Below, piece after piece: positions 1-12,649 of a stretch of DNA of 64,000 nucleotides. Position 1 is the first letter of the stretch. Every line of letters starts with the position of its first letter. The notes beneath the pieces were generated by a model that saw only the letters and a program-made list of their open reading frames with translations, was not told the origin of the DNA and made no database searches. Position numbers and translations under genes: made by a program. This stretch comes from Felis catus (taxonomy: Eukaryota): NCBI RefSeq assembly GCF_018350175.1, contig NC_058368.1, positions 227,418,001 to 227,482,000 on the forward strand. The letters run 5' to 3'.

Positions 1-62
<62 letters not shown>
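1..62. repeat. (CTTT)n microsatellite
   Basis: Direct reading. Confidence 0.95.
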
Positions 63-748
63 GCCAAACATCCCTTGGCTTGGTTTAGCAGTATTGTTAA
101 CCTCTGAAATGTAGGTAAGCTTACTGTCTCCAACACAGATGGGTCCAGAAATAGATTTCGTGGGTTATCCATTTACAATACCAAACTATCCTTTCTGATA
201 TCCACTATGAGGTTCTCCAAAGAGCTCCCCTTATTCTTAATGTCTAGAAAACCACAAATGCAATCTCATGAATGAGAACCACCACCAGGTTTAAGCCTCT
301 CAGGGCCTGGGTACTCTGTTTCCTGGCCCCAGGCTGTGTCTTAACATAGAGAATATCCTGTAGAAGTCATAATAGGAATAGGGAAAACGATATCTCATTA
401 CAGTAAACATAAAACTAACTTTTGATAGAGCTGTCAGGAATTCTGTGCATGAGGTCCCAGATAATCAGATTTGACCTTCATGCTTCTGTGTAAGAGTGAG
501 GGAGCCAATTTCCACCGCCGTGGAAATTTACTACCCGTGGCACAAAGAGAACAACAAATTAAGGAAGTCGTCATGCAACCTGGAGGAAGTAGACAATGCC
601 AAATCCAACCTTTGCAACGTGAAGTTTGAGTACTGCACCCAGAATGCATCACAGACCTAACCCACTGCAGACTAAAAGGTTTGCTGCAAATGCACCTACG
701 TGAGGTTCAGAGGACCTGGAATCCACTTGACATCAAAACGCTGCAGGA

Positions 749-969
749 GGGGCGCCTGGGTGGCTCAGTCGGTTGAGCGGCCGACTTCAGCTCAGGTCAT
801 GATCTCACGGTCCGTGAGTTCAAGCCCCGCGTCGGGCTCTGTGCTGACAGCTCAGAGGCTGGAGCCTGTTTCAAATTCTGTGTCTCCCTCTCTCTGACCC
901 TCCCCCATTCATGCTCTGTCTCTCTCTGTCTCAAAAATAAATAAACATTAAAAAAATTAAAAAAAAAAA
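749..969 (+). mobile_element. CanSINE (SINEC_Fc-like)
   Basis: ggggcgcctgggtggctcagtcggtt head, (CT)n, AATAAA and A-tail; perfect TSD aaaacgctgcagga. Confidence 0.95.
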
Positions 970-1012
970 AAAACGCTGCAGGAAAGCTCCCAGGACTTTG
1001 GTCTGCATTTTT

Positions 1013-1257
1013 TGTTAATGGGAATAACGCTCACTCCTGGGGTTCTTTGGTTTTTGTTAAGTTTATTTATTTTGCAAGAGAGAGAGAGAGAGAGACAGCG
1101 AGCTCGTAAGTGGGGAAGGGGCAGAGAGAGAGAGAGAATCCCAAGCAGGCTCTGCACCATCAGCTCGGGGCGGGCGCTCAACCTCACAAACCATGCGGTC
1201 ATGACCTGAACCAAATTTCAAGAGGGTCGCTTAACCGACGGAGCCACCCAAGTGTCC
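1013..1257 (-). mobile_element. CanSINE with extra 3' unique sequence inside its TSD
   Basis: TSD ttggtctgcattttt at 998-1012 and 1258-1272. Confidence 0.9.
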
Positions 1258-3268
1258 TTGGTCTGCATTTTTAAAACACCACACGTGTAGCTGCTCAGCT
1301 AACTACACAGATCAATAGAAACAAACCTTTGCAGGAGGGGGAATTCCTCTGGGCACCTGCAACTTTTTCTTCTTTTTATCTTCACCTGACCACCGAGAAA
1401 AGTACTTCAGGAGGGCAGCCTTGTGTGACGGTTACCCTAACACTCGGGTGCCAGCTGGCATTTGTCTCTGCTCATCTTCAGTGACTTCATTAACATTTTT
1501 ATCTGTAGGATGTTCACAGATAAGAGTACTAACCTTAATTATATGCTAATCTGAACTAGATTCTTCTTCTTCCATCGTTGACGGTCACTCACGTGTGCAC
1601 CTGAGCTGTGAAAAGCTCCACAAACAACAGATATGGTTCAAGGCACACGGGGCTCACACCCGCTTCCCAGAAATTTTGAATCTGTGCTGCCGACACACTG
1701 GCCTCACGCCCTGGCCACAGATGATTGGATAGAGTGGGCCATGTGGTTCAAGGGCTATGGGTCGGCTGAGCCAACCAGATTCTACTTCCTGGGGATTTGA
1801 ACTGGGGGACTCAGATGCAGCTTGCCTCAGTGGTGGGAGCAGCCAAATGTGTCAGGAGCATGAAGAGGGGGAGCCGGAGGTAGAGAGAGACCAAGAGCGG
1901 TACGGAGAAAGACATCTTGAGCCACGAGGCCAGAGCTCATCTGAACCGTGAGACCCACAGCCGGAAACCTTAATTCTTGGCTCTCCTGGGCCCAGGCAAC
2001 TGCCAAGGGGACTGGATGTACTTCCTGCCCTGTTGCTCTGTGGGATTCCCGCTCTCAGACTCGCTTAAGTGCTTTTCTGTCATCACAACCCCAACTGCTT
2101 GGACAGAACCCAAAGCAGGTTAGGAACCTCCTATTGCTTGCATTCCCGACCAGGCTGACTTAGGCTCAGGCGATATTTCCTACTAATCGTAAAACAGCCA
2201 CTTAAGCCGCTAACCATTTCTCATTCGCACTAAAACCCACAGAGAACTGGAATTCATGGATTTTCCAAAGCTCTTCCTTCGTGCGGCAATTTAGCTCAGG
2301 GCCTCTCTTTGGCCCACCACGAAGGAATCCTGCAAATGCCAAGCAGAGCGGTGGTCGTGTGGAGCTCTGAAGACCGTCAGGAGCCAAGGTGAGATGAGTG
2401 AACCTGGGTCTTACAGCCTGGTGGAAAACCTGTTATTTAAGTAGGCCCTCCTACCTCACTTGCCACCGAGAGGTATCTTCCTCTGTGCTGGTGATAAGCC
2501 TCTAGGCCTTCACTTTTCCTGATTTCAGCTGCGCATGGTGGGTGAGTCCTGCTTCTGACTTTGACAACTATCTGAGATGCACTCAAGTGTTCCTGCCACG
2601 GGTGTGCAGGTGCGGGCCGCCCGAGCCCTTGCTTTCTTTTAACCACACCGCCCGGACCCTACATCGCTGTCTCCACCCTGGGGCCTGCAAGGAGGCTCTC
2701 AGAGCCCGGGCTGAGGTCAGGCCTCTTTCACAGGCATGGAACCAGGCACATGTGCTCCCCTGACATCTCAAGGTTCGGTTCATTCTTAGAAATCCGTGAC
2801 CCCACTTCATAACGTCCTTCCACGAGCCATATTTACTTAAGAACCTGTTTCTGGGTGAGGCCACTGTCCTTGGTTAATTTTAACCTCACTAGAGATAGAA
2901 TGTTAGCAAAACTCGGTTTGACCTCTCATGTCTACTGTGGCCGTTCCATAGGTCATTGTGACTTGGTGACTATGTCAGGGGGTCACTGACTTCAGGAAGC
3001 TTCCCTCCCCAGGACATCTAAAAATGTGCTCTCTGTAAGTTCCGGATCAATAAAAAGAAACCGCAGGGGGAAATAATCCCACTTTGCCTCTTAGCTGTAC
3101 TTGGCTCTCACTACCAACTTGCAACTTGGAATTTACTTGACATCTGTTTGAGCTCTGTTCCACTCACAATGATACGACACCCATATCCTTCCCCACCGGA
3201 GCTTGAAATCCAGGAAAGAAATAAAGTGTCGTGACAAAGATGGACCAGTAACAGCAAAAACCCCACAA

Positions 3269-3293
3269 AACAACAACAACAACAACAACAACA
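3269..3293. repeat. (CAA)n microsatellite
   Basis: Direct reading. Confidence 0.9.
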
Positions 3294-3939
3294 AAATGCA
3301 CCACTCTAGGCAAAATCCCAAGCCCCTACATAAATAGCATCAGAATCTATTGATTCTTTCTTGCAATCCCTGTTTCCGTGCTTCTGGGTGAGCTCTATAG
3401 GCCCGCGTCACATTGTGAACCCTTTGTTGTCCGTCTGTCTGCGGTAACGCGTACAGAAAGGGAGAGGAAGCGTTTGGAAACTTTTACAGCAACTAGATCT
3501 CAAGGTAACATTTTTACTGCACTTTACAGAGATGCCACGTTGCAAAGGATTGGAAACTTTAAGAAGCTGTGCCTCTCTGTGAATCGTTTTACAAGCACCA
3601 TTCTGCCACAGTTTTCAAAGGGAAAAGGCCACGTTCCTTCCTGCTCTAAAAAGAAAGCCGTGCAGTGTTTCCTTCTCTTGTACAGTGCAAGATGTATTTT
3701 CATAGCTGTTTGCTCTTGTAAAGACATACAGGAGGGACAGCCGAAAATGCAACTACTAAATATCACAGGTCCCACGAGCAGATTCAAGTGTTCCGTTATT
3801 ACCTTGTGAAATATAAACCGAGTGGAAACATTAATTTCTCATGTACCTACCACTGACTAATGCATTAAACATAGATCACACACTCACCAGTGCTGAGTTT
3901 TTCTTTTCATCTCTCCAGCATGTTGAATTATAGCTAAAG

Positions 3940-4147
3940 TGGGGGGAGGGAGGGCGCCTGGGTGGCCCAGTTGGTGAAGCACCCTACGTAGGCTCAGTTC
4001 GTGATCTCACGGTTTGTGAGTTTGAGCCCTGCACTGGGCTCTCTGCTGTCAGCACAGAGCCTGCTTCGGATCCTCTGTCCCCCCTCTGTCTGCCCCTCCC
4101 CTGCTCTCTCTCCCTTGAACATAAATATTGAAAAATAAAATAAAATA
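3940..4147 (+). mobile_element. CanSINE
   Basis: SINE body; TSD aattatagctaaag. Confidence 0.92.
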
Positions 4148-5090
4148 AATTATAGCTAAAGGCCACTTCTGATAAGAAAGATGTATTTATCTTTCCTATT
4201 TAACTACAATAATACGAATATTTTATAACAAACGCCATTTTCACCATCAGCGCATCTCGGCTCCTTTTTTTACGTACAGGAGTCTGAAAGTTCCAGAACA
4301 CTGAAGCAACTTTCCGGGTCTTTGTTCCCGCTCTTGATCATTTTGCACCAGCTGCCTCTCTTTCCCTGGCCCCAGGGGCCTTTCCATGAAGTTCAATTCA
4401 GCAGAGAAGCCAGCACCCAAAGGAAATTCACACACATGCTGACAGGTACTTGAAGCATTCCCAAGCTGTTTCCCGGATTTTGGCCTTGGGGATGGCAGTG
4501 ATAACAAGAATTGGGGCCAGGAAAGTCTCAGGCTTTTGCGTCTGTCCTGATAAATTTGTTGATCGACGGTAAGGTGCAGTGGAGTAAAGCTATACAGTGT
4601 CCACGAAGCATCTTAGCACTACTGACCTCGTTCTGCCTTTTCAGACTTGAGGGTGAAGAGAATAAAACTGTAAAATGCTGTGCTTATACCTGGTTTTAAC
4701 ACTCAACCTCTATTTGGTTCCAACCTCTATTTGGTCCCATCCATGTAAGGCTTTATAAATTAGGAACAAAAAAAAATTCTTTGCTTACAAATAAGCTATT
4801 TAAATGGGGAAAAAAACACCCCACATTTCTGTACGTAGGAATGCTTTTTGGAACACATTACAGGTTTAAATAAGCTACCTGTGCAGATGGGTTTTACAAC
4901 CCAACCCATCTGGACTAAGCCGGAAATACTTAAAGCAAGCATTTCTTTCAGTTTACAGAAATCCTCTTGACTAAGTTTTCCAAGAATCATCACAAGGGAC
5001 ACTGATGGAAACAAAGGGACTTAAAGATCAGCCTAAGCCCTGATGACACTGATAATGAGGACTAATTGATCATTATACACAGAAAGTTGG

Positions 5091-5229
5091 GCTTGATGTT
5101 ATTGATTTATTTATTTGTTATTTATTTATTTATTAAAAAGTAATCTTTACGCCCAACATGGGGCTTTGAACTCATGACCCCGACGTCAAGGGTCACGTGC
5201 CCTACCGACCGAGCCAGCCAGGCGCCACC
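5091..5229 (-). mobile_element. Short-type CanSINE
   Basis: tRNA-like head without CT tract; TSD cagaaagttgg. Confidence 0.85.
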
Positions 5230-5929
5230 CAGAAAGTTGGTTTTTAAACAGAGAGTAGTCTTTTTCCAGAGACACCAGCCAGCATTAAACTTTCAATCCC
5301 ACGGATGCTTCACCCACTCGGGCTGGCTTTGCCCCGCACTTGTTCCGACAGACCCCTCAACTCCTCAAACACAGTCTACAACTTTCAAGTGTAGTCACAC
5401 AGCACATACCTCTGGCTGGTCTACAGAGCACTTTGGCCTAGGGGATGTTGGATACGGGAGTGAGTGGTTTTCCATTACTTACAAACCCTGTTGATATTAA
5501 ACCCAAACAGAATCCAGAAATGCTTTCGTTTTCGCCCCCTACAGGATAGGACGGGATTAAAACTAAAATGAATTAACAGAAGACCCAACCATTTTGAACA
5601 AGTAACATAAAAGTGATTGTACAATTTGGACCCACTTAATTTTGTGTCTGACTGTAAGACAGTCATTATGATGAAAACAGGACTTTTCTCTATAGAGGAA
5701 AGTGTACATAAATACGGTCAGTACTGAGGTAAACAATAGTCAACCTAATGACAGGTAACCCAATAGACTGTTAATGTTTTAGATCCATAAAAATATATGT
5801 TGTTAGTTTTACATTTTACACAGTAACCAGTCTTAAGCAGTGGAAGCACATTCCTGTAAAAACAACCGTACCCCCTTAGGAACTTGCTATTTAAGTGAAA
5901 ACTAACACTAATTCTGAATTAGTCATTTC

Positions 5930-5935
5930 TTTATT
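5930..5935 (-). terminator. Candidate OTULINL polyadenylation signal AATAAA
   Basis: tttatt on the plus strand in unique AT-rich DNA downstream of the stop. Other candidates: 8198-8203 (AATAAA) and 3513-3518 (AGTAAA). Confidence 0.3.
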
Positions 5936-6629
5936 CACATTTGTATAGGTTTCCACATATGAGGTTAGCTGTCAGTCTAAAACTTTACCTTCTTTAATGT
6001 GGTACTCAGAACTTAGAATTTTTTTCCTCCACAAGATTAGCTTCGACAGAAATAAAATGGTCTTTCTTTGATCTCACTAAAATATGAGAAAATCATCTGA
6101 TCTAGAATAACAATTATTTTCATGCAAAATTCATTTGCAGGCAAGCCCTTGGAAAATTAACGTAAACGTCCCCTGATTCGGGCTCTTCTTCTCTCCTGGA
6201 GGCCAGGCAGATTCTACACTGGCTTGTCTGGGTCTCTTTCCCATACATAGAGAAGGCCCTACGGCTTCCTCCATGGGCGGAAAGGACTTTGGTTCAAGAC
6301 TGTGATGGCCCACATTCAAGAAACTCAGGTCGTCACAGTGGCCTGAATTATACAGAATTGATACAGTTCTTTGGGGACCTTTTAAATGGTGTGTGTTCGT
6401 AGGATGAAACCAGAAGCCACCTGTTATTATTTCTTCACTTTGGAGATGAAGTAGAACAGGATTTGCCTGATCCGTTTGGTCACCCAAACCTCCCTTGCAT
6501 TGGGCGTCTGCATGGAAGTCTGGAGAAAATAGATTAGAAGGCCATGATATAAAGAATGTGGAGAGTCAAAGAAGTCCAAGTACCAGGTGGGGGAATGAAA
6601 CCTGCCCCTCTATCAGAAAGTCCATCTTG

Positions 6630-6985
6630 ACGATAAAAAGTGTTCTGGGGACGGATGGTGGTGATGGTTGCCCAACAGTGTGATGTCCTTAATGCCGCTG
6701 AAGTGTACATTTGAAGGTGGTTAAGGGGCACCTGGGTGGCTCAGTCAGTTAAGCGTCTTGACTTTGGCTCAGGTCATGATCTTGGGGCTCTTGAGCTCAA
6801 ATCCCGCGTTGGGCTCTGTGCTGACAGCTCGGAGCCTGGAGCCTGCGTCGGATTCTGTGTCTCCCCCTCTCTCTGCCCCCCCCCCCCCACTGCTTGCGCT
6901 CTGTCTCTTAAAGATGAATAAACGTTAAAAAAAATTTTTTTAAAGATGGTTAAAATGGTAAATTTTGCCACAATAAGAAAGTACA
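6630..6985 (+). mobile_element. Old L1 3' end interrupted by CanSINE 6725-6939
   Basis: gatggtggtgatggttgc...aatgccgctgaa.tgtacattt..a.tggttaaaatggtaaattt motif; SINE flanked by diverged repeat gaaggtggttaa / aaagatggttaa. Confidence 0.7.
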
Positions 6986-8304
6986 TCTTGCCACAATAAG
7001 AAAGCCAGTCTTGTACTACTATGCATATGACCCCTCAGTATGGACACATATGGCCAAAATTTAAGAGAAATATATTCTTAAGTCAGAAAGGGACAAGGGC
7101 GTATGTTTGCATTTTTGCTATAATCTTCTCATCATTAAAACATGTGAGGTTAGAAAGACATTAAATGTTGGCATCATATAGGAAATTCACCTCCAGGTTC
7201 TTGTTCGCATTTAAAAGTGGTGCTAATTTATATGCAGTTCCCTCTAATTCATGTGTTATTCATTATACAACTGAATTAAAAATAAAACAAAACTGGAAAC
7301 ACCCCATACCTCCTCTCAAATTCTTGACTCAATGCCTTCCGCAAATGTGGCAATTATTTAAAGGTCTTTACTTTTTACTTTCTTTGTACTGGGATGCCCC
7401 TTTTCCACAATTTGGTCTTGCCCCATCCTGCCCTGCCCCCAACACAAGGTTAAGGATAAACATAATTGATTAGTATGTCACAGAGCTTTGGGCTGCTAAT
7501 CCCTGGGAAAAAGTTCTTCCTTTCAATCCTGGACTGGTGTGGAAATCATAACACTGAGCAAGGAGATGCCAGGTGAGTGGTAAGGTACAAACGCCGGGTA
7601 GGCGCCTGGACAACTCAACTGGAACCAAAGTCTAGAACAGACATGCCATGAGTATCAGTCACAGTGACCTGCTACAGGCTGTCACTGTAGCTGCCTACGA
7701 ACACAAAGGGTAGGGTCCATTTTCTCATGGTGACAGTAATGTATCATGGGAAGAACTTTCAATGGGGTCAGTTAAATGACAGGAGTTATGCAAAACCATA
7801 GACACTTCCAAGCAGGAACGTGCTAGAAAGATCAATGAAGAACTCCCGTTTAAAACAAAAAGAAGGACTCTTGTTTCGTGTGGCTATCAGGGTGACACAA
7901 AGCCCCTTGGTCTGAGCTAATTGCTTTCCAACTCTTCTACCAAGAAACTAACTGAGAGCAGGCACAGCACAGTGTGCATTAGACGTCCGGCTTGAGTAGT
8001 ACACACAAGTGATTATCCCCAGTACAAAAGATCTGGATGTTGTTTTCATCTCCACAGCAATTAATTTTATTTCTACTAGCACAGCAGTATGAACATAGGA
8101 GAAAACATTAGCATCAAAAACATTAAGTCGCTCTTAGAAAGGATTTGTAACTTTGAAGTAGCAGACCATTAGGCAAGATTTTAAAAGCTATTTTGTATTT
8201 ATTGAAGTTCAAAACAGCCTAGCAAAGTACCTTCAAAATAAAGATGACCAAAATAAACTAGAAAAGTATTTCCAAAATAATGACCAAAAATTCGTTAGCT
8301 CGAG

Positions 8305-8840
8305 CGTATTAGTTGTCAGTTGCTGCTCTAACCTAACACATTACCATAAACTTAGTGACTTAACACAAGCGTATTATCTTACAGTTCTGCAGGTTAGAGA
8401 TCCGACACGGGTTCCGTCCCTCTGGGCTAAAATCAAGGTGTGGGCAGGGCCACGTTCCTTTCTGGGGGCCTTGGGGAAGACTCTGTTCTCTTCCCTTTTC
8501 ACCTTCAGAGACCACCCACATTCCATGGGTCATGGCTCCTTCCTCCATCTTCAGAGCCAGAAATAATGCGTCTGTCTCTCTCTCTCTCTCTCTGTTCTGT
8601 TATTTTACATTTTCCTCTGATCCTGACCCTCTCCCAATTCCTCTCCTCCCCTCTTAAGGACCCTTGGGATTACACTGGGCCCACCTGGAGAACCCAGAAC
8701 AACCTCCTAGGTCAGATTAGTACCTTCATCCCACCCGCAATCTTCTTCTTCTTTGCCATCTAACCCAACATATTTCCAGGTCCTGGGGATTTGGACACAG
8801 GCATGGTGATCGGGGGTGGCATTATTTTACCTACCACACG
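8305..8840. mobile_element. MaLR LTR (MLT1-like)
   Basis: ttaccataaacttagtgacttaa...ttatcttacagttctg...gggctaaaatcaaggtgt.ggcagggc...gattacactgggcccacctgga motifs. Confidence 0.85.
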
Positions 8841-9101
8841 TTAAATACACAGGTAAATACACATTAGATACACCACAGTTAGTATTTTGTAATAGTTCAA
8901 TAGTTGTCATTCAGTTACCTTAATCTACAGAATTAATCTTTTTTATCATAAAACATATTCAACTGGCCAGATGCAACAGTAACAAAAAAGTGTAAAGTGA
9001 TATAAAACAAATTGTACAAGATTACAAAGTAGTGATGATTTGTGTGTGTGTTCATATATGTATATACAAAACTATACAATGTATATACATGTGTATGCGT
9101 C

Positions 9102-9128
9102 TGTGTGTGTGTGTGTGTGTGTGTGTGT
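9102..9128. repeat. (TG)n microsatellite in the presumed 3' UTR
   Basis: Direct reading. Confidence 0.9.
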
Positions 9129-9640
9129 ATACACATACCCCATACACACAGTTTTACAGTTAATTAAGTGGTTCTAGAAAATCAATATACCATAAAGATT
9201 CCTGGGAAAGTAATGCTTATAAAATAAGGCCACGTTTATAAAGATCTCAAATCAAAGACAAGGTTCCTAATGAGAACATCCAGGTTACAGACAAATTCGT
9301 TCCTGGTTAGTCCTTTCCCCTTCTCCTCTCGCTTTTTTTCGTGTTGTACTGCCCAGATTTCCTTTCCCGGTGCCCTTAAAGGCCTGTGGCATGTGAAATG
9401 ACTAGAGCCCGTGTGAACAAGGTCAAACCACCAAACACAAATAGGCCGGTTTGGAGGAAGTCACTGGAAAACAAAAGCATGCCATCCGTGCACCTCTGTG
9501 TCCAGGGCACCTGCAGCTCCGGAGAAGAAGGTCCCACCCCTCTCAATGGTCGCAACACCAGCTTTGGTTCTCCACCTGGACTTTGCTTGAACGTGTGACC
9601 GCTGTGAACGGCGAGGGCCGGTGCCCAGCCCACGCCAGAC

Positions 9641-9814
9641 TTAAAAGACAGGAATGTGGTAGTGGCGGTCATTCTCCGTCAGCAGGGAGATCTCGGGCCA
9701 CTCCCTGAACGGCAAGTCTGGGTAGCAGACCTCAAAGTCTCTGGAGTTAAACTTGAACAGTCTGAACACTTTTATCTTTATTTCAAGGGAGTGTCCAAGA
9801 ATAAACATATCGAT
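9641..9814 (-). CDS. OTULINL: OTULINL last coding exon (IDMFILGHSLEIK...ENDRHYHIPVF*)
   Basis: Acceptor tcttctccag|AT, TAA stop at 9643-9641; within ORF 9641..9871. Confidence 0.97.
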   Translation of the reverse strand: MDMFILGHSLEIKIKVFRLFKFNSRDFEVCYPDLPFREWPEISLLTENDRHYHIPVF

Positions 9815-10229
9815 CTGGAGAAGAGACGAGAGAGAGGTCACAAACACACATTTCCAATTTCCCGCCCCCACCAGGGGAGGGAGCGTGTTCTCCTGAAGCT
9901 TAGGAAGCAGTGCCCTTGCTTAGGAACCAGACCCACACACGAACCACCGAAAGGCCGGCGTCAGGAACAAATGCCCACGATGCGGAAGGCAGGGGACAAG
10001 CAGAGGAACATCTCTGTAGACCAGCAGGAAGTTACAGGGGGAAAAAAAAAAAACAATAAAAAGTAAAGGATGCTCACAGTTAAAATCACACTGTTTTGCA
10101 ACTAGTTTTAGATAAATGTTTGTAAAAAAAATGGCAGGTAATTTTGCACACCGCCTAAGAGAGCAAAGCAAAACAAAAGAAAACTTCTTTTCTATGGGAA
10201 TGAAAAAGTCTTATCTGGATTTTAAAGTT

Positions 10230-10366
10230 TTTAATAACTTCTTTTTTTTTTTAACTTAAAGTTGATTTATTAGTTTTAATCACCTCTACACCCAACATGG
10301 GACTTCAACTCACGACCCGGAGATCAAGAGTCGGATGCTCTTCCGACTGAGCCAGCCGGGTGCCCC
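10230..10366 (-). mobile_element. Short-type CanSINE
   Basis: gagatcaagagtcg.atgctcttccgactgagccagcc.ggtgcccc. Confidence 0.85.
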
Positions 10367-10733
10367 TAGGATTTTTCCAATAGTGTCTATTTATCTGCAC
10401 TAAGGAACCAAATGCTTTCCCAAACATTATCTCCTTCTCCGGCTGGACTTTCTCTCGGTTAAACTCTGCTGTGGGAGAACTGCCACCATCTGAGACGCAG
10501 AGTGAAAGCTCAGAAGGGCCCCCAGCACTGCTCAGTGGCCACGGGGCTTGACAGACACACGGCACACTGCACGGAGCAGTGAGGCTTTTACCCTTCTTTT
10601 CCTCCTTTCAGGGGCAACGACATCAAGCCACTGCTTCGCCGCAGGTGGGTTTATCACCTGAAAGTAAACTCCACACACCTGTGTGTTTAGGCACTGCCAT
10701 GGGGTCCTGAACACATTCTTCTGCCCCAATTAC

Positions 10734-11003
10734 CTGCTCCAGTCCACATGTGTCGCCCACAGAATTCAGGTGGTTCATCATGAAGCTCAAAGGGTCAGAG
10801 GATGTTTCCCGGGAAAACAGGAGCCGAAAAAGACTGGGAATGACTTTCTGAGTCTTCATTTGCTCATAAACTTCAGTGACTTGATAGAGCATGATGAACT
10901 TTAGAGCTTCGTAAAGTTTATATTCCAGAATGGCATCAGAAAAGAGGATGTTGCACATACTTCCTCTCTTGTGATAATCTTTAATTCCACTAAATTCAGT
11001 CCA
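10734..11003 (-). CDS. OTULINL: OTULINL exon 7 (WTEFSGIKDYHKRGSMCNILFSD...VGDTCGLEQ)
   Basis: Acceptor gtttccag|TG, donor CAG|gtaatt; overlaps ORF 10623..10958. Confidence 0.97.
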
Positions 11004-11141
11004 CTGGAAACACAGACGTGAGAGTGAGATTTACAGGGTGGAGGTGAATACCGACAGCATGGCATAGTTTTAAAGTCCATATAAAAATAAACCAGAGATT
11101 AATAGAGGGGACCTTTAACTTTTCATTTTTGACCCTGATTT

Positions 11142-11572
11142 AAAAAAATTTTTTTTTCAACGTTTATTTATTTTTGGGACAGAGAGAGACAGAGCATGAA
11201 CGGGCGAGGGGCAGAGAGAGAGGGAGACACAGAATCGGAAACAGGCTCCAGGCTCTGAGCCATCAGCCCAGAGCCCGACGCGGGGCTCGAAGTCACGGAC
11301 CGCGAGATCGTGACCTGGCTGAAGTCGGACGCTTAACCAACTGCGCCACCCAGGCGTCCCTGACCCTGATTTTTTTTAAAAAAATTTTAATGTTTATTTA
11401 TTTCCGAGAGAGAGAGTGAGAGAGAGCGTGAGCGGGGGAAGGCCGGAGAGAGAGGGAGACACAGAATCCAAAGCAGGCTCCAGGCTCCGAGCTGTCGTAG
11501 GGCTCGAACTCACAAACCACGAGATCATGAGCTGAAGTCGGACGTTCAACCGACTGAGCCACCAGGCGCCCC
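11142..11572 (-). mobile_element. Two tandem CanSINEs (11142-11360, 11373-11572)
   Basis: Two full heads; target repeat tgaccc(t/c)gattt occurs three times. Confidence 0.93.
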
Positions 11573-12340
11573 TGACCCCGATTTTTTTAACCACAAGTAT
11601 ATATTACTTTTATAATAACAAACTAGCTTAAATATTTCTTTCAAAAAAGCACCACCGATTAGGTAAAAAAACAAGCAAGTCAGTTTCCTAAGACAGCTTA
11701 ATACAGCTGGGTCGCACGGCAGATATTCCAGAGACGAACAGTAATAACTAGTATTCTTTCCCACTCACCATGTGCCAAGCACGGTTTAAAGCCACATGTA
11801 TTAACTTATTCAATCCTCACAATAACAGTACAAGGGACACAATATTCACATATCGGTTTTACTCATCAAAAAACCACAGCACAGAAATTTTACGGTGTTT
11901 ACCGGGGAGGGTTCATTTCAACAATTCCAAATCTGTGTCTATTAAAAGGCAGGAAAACTCTTAGTTCAAATGACAGCGTCTGTGGTGTCCCCAGGTTATT
12001 AATGGGGCACATTCCAGAAGTGCATTTCTGAATGCCCTGTCTGGACCTTGCACCACATCTCTCTGGGGAAAACGAAGGTACGGGACTGTTAAGGTTTCCT
12101 GGCCAGCCCACAAAGGCCTCCTGAACCCATAAGGGGCCTAATGATCACGCACAACGTTGCTCTCGTTGGTTACTTGGGAGGAGAAAGAACAGGAAAGCCC
12201 ATCGTCAGCTCCTAGAAGAGGCGCTCCTGCCCACAGGTCCTCCCCGCGAGGCATCGGGTGACAGGCCTGACAGAGAAGAGTCACTCACTGCACCCGGTGT
12301 GTGCTTTCATTCCTCGTCTTTTCTTCCCCCAGACACTCAC

Positions 12341-12469
12341 CTGCGTTTTCAATAATTCCACACATTTACGTAACTTTCCAAACACATTGGAACCTGTATA
12401 CTTCTCAGGACCAAAACTGTATTGCTGGATCCAATTACAACCTTGTGAAAAGAGCAGTTTTTCAGGAAG
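12341..12469 (-). CDS. OTULINL: OTULINL exon 6 (LPEKLLFSQGCNWIQQYSFGPEKYTGSNVFGKLRKCVELLKTQ)
   Basis: Acceptor ccttttcaag|CT (AAG type), donor CAG|gtgagt; translated by hand. Confidence 0.96.
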
Positions 12470-12649
12470 CTTGAAAAGGAAGGAGATGCCAACCGTGATT
12501 AGTACCTCGACGTTTATGACATTACAACCTAGAATATGTCACGGCACACGATCTTATCTCACTCAGGAATCTCCACTTAAAAAGACTAAGCAGAAACATA
12601 GAGTTTCTTCTTTTAGATTTGTGGATTAAGGGATTTGGATCATATTCTT

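Noticed and set aside
4703..4737. 17-bp tandem duplication (caacctctatttggt); similar 23-bp duplication at about 6965-7003
   Set aside because: Ordinary micro-duplications with no sign of function.
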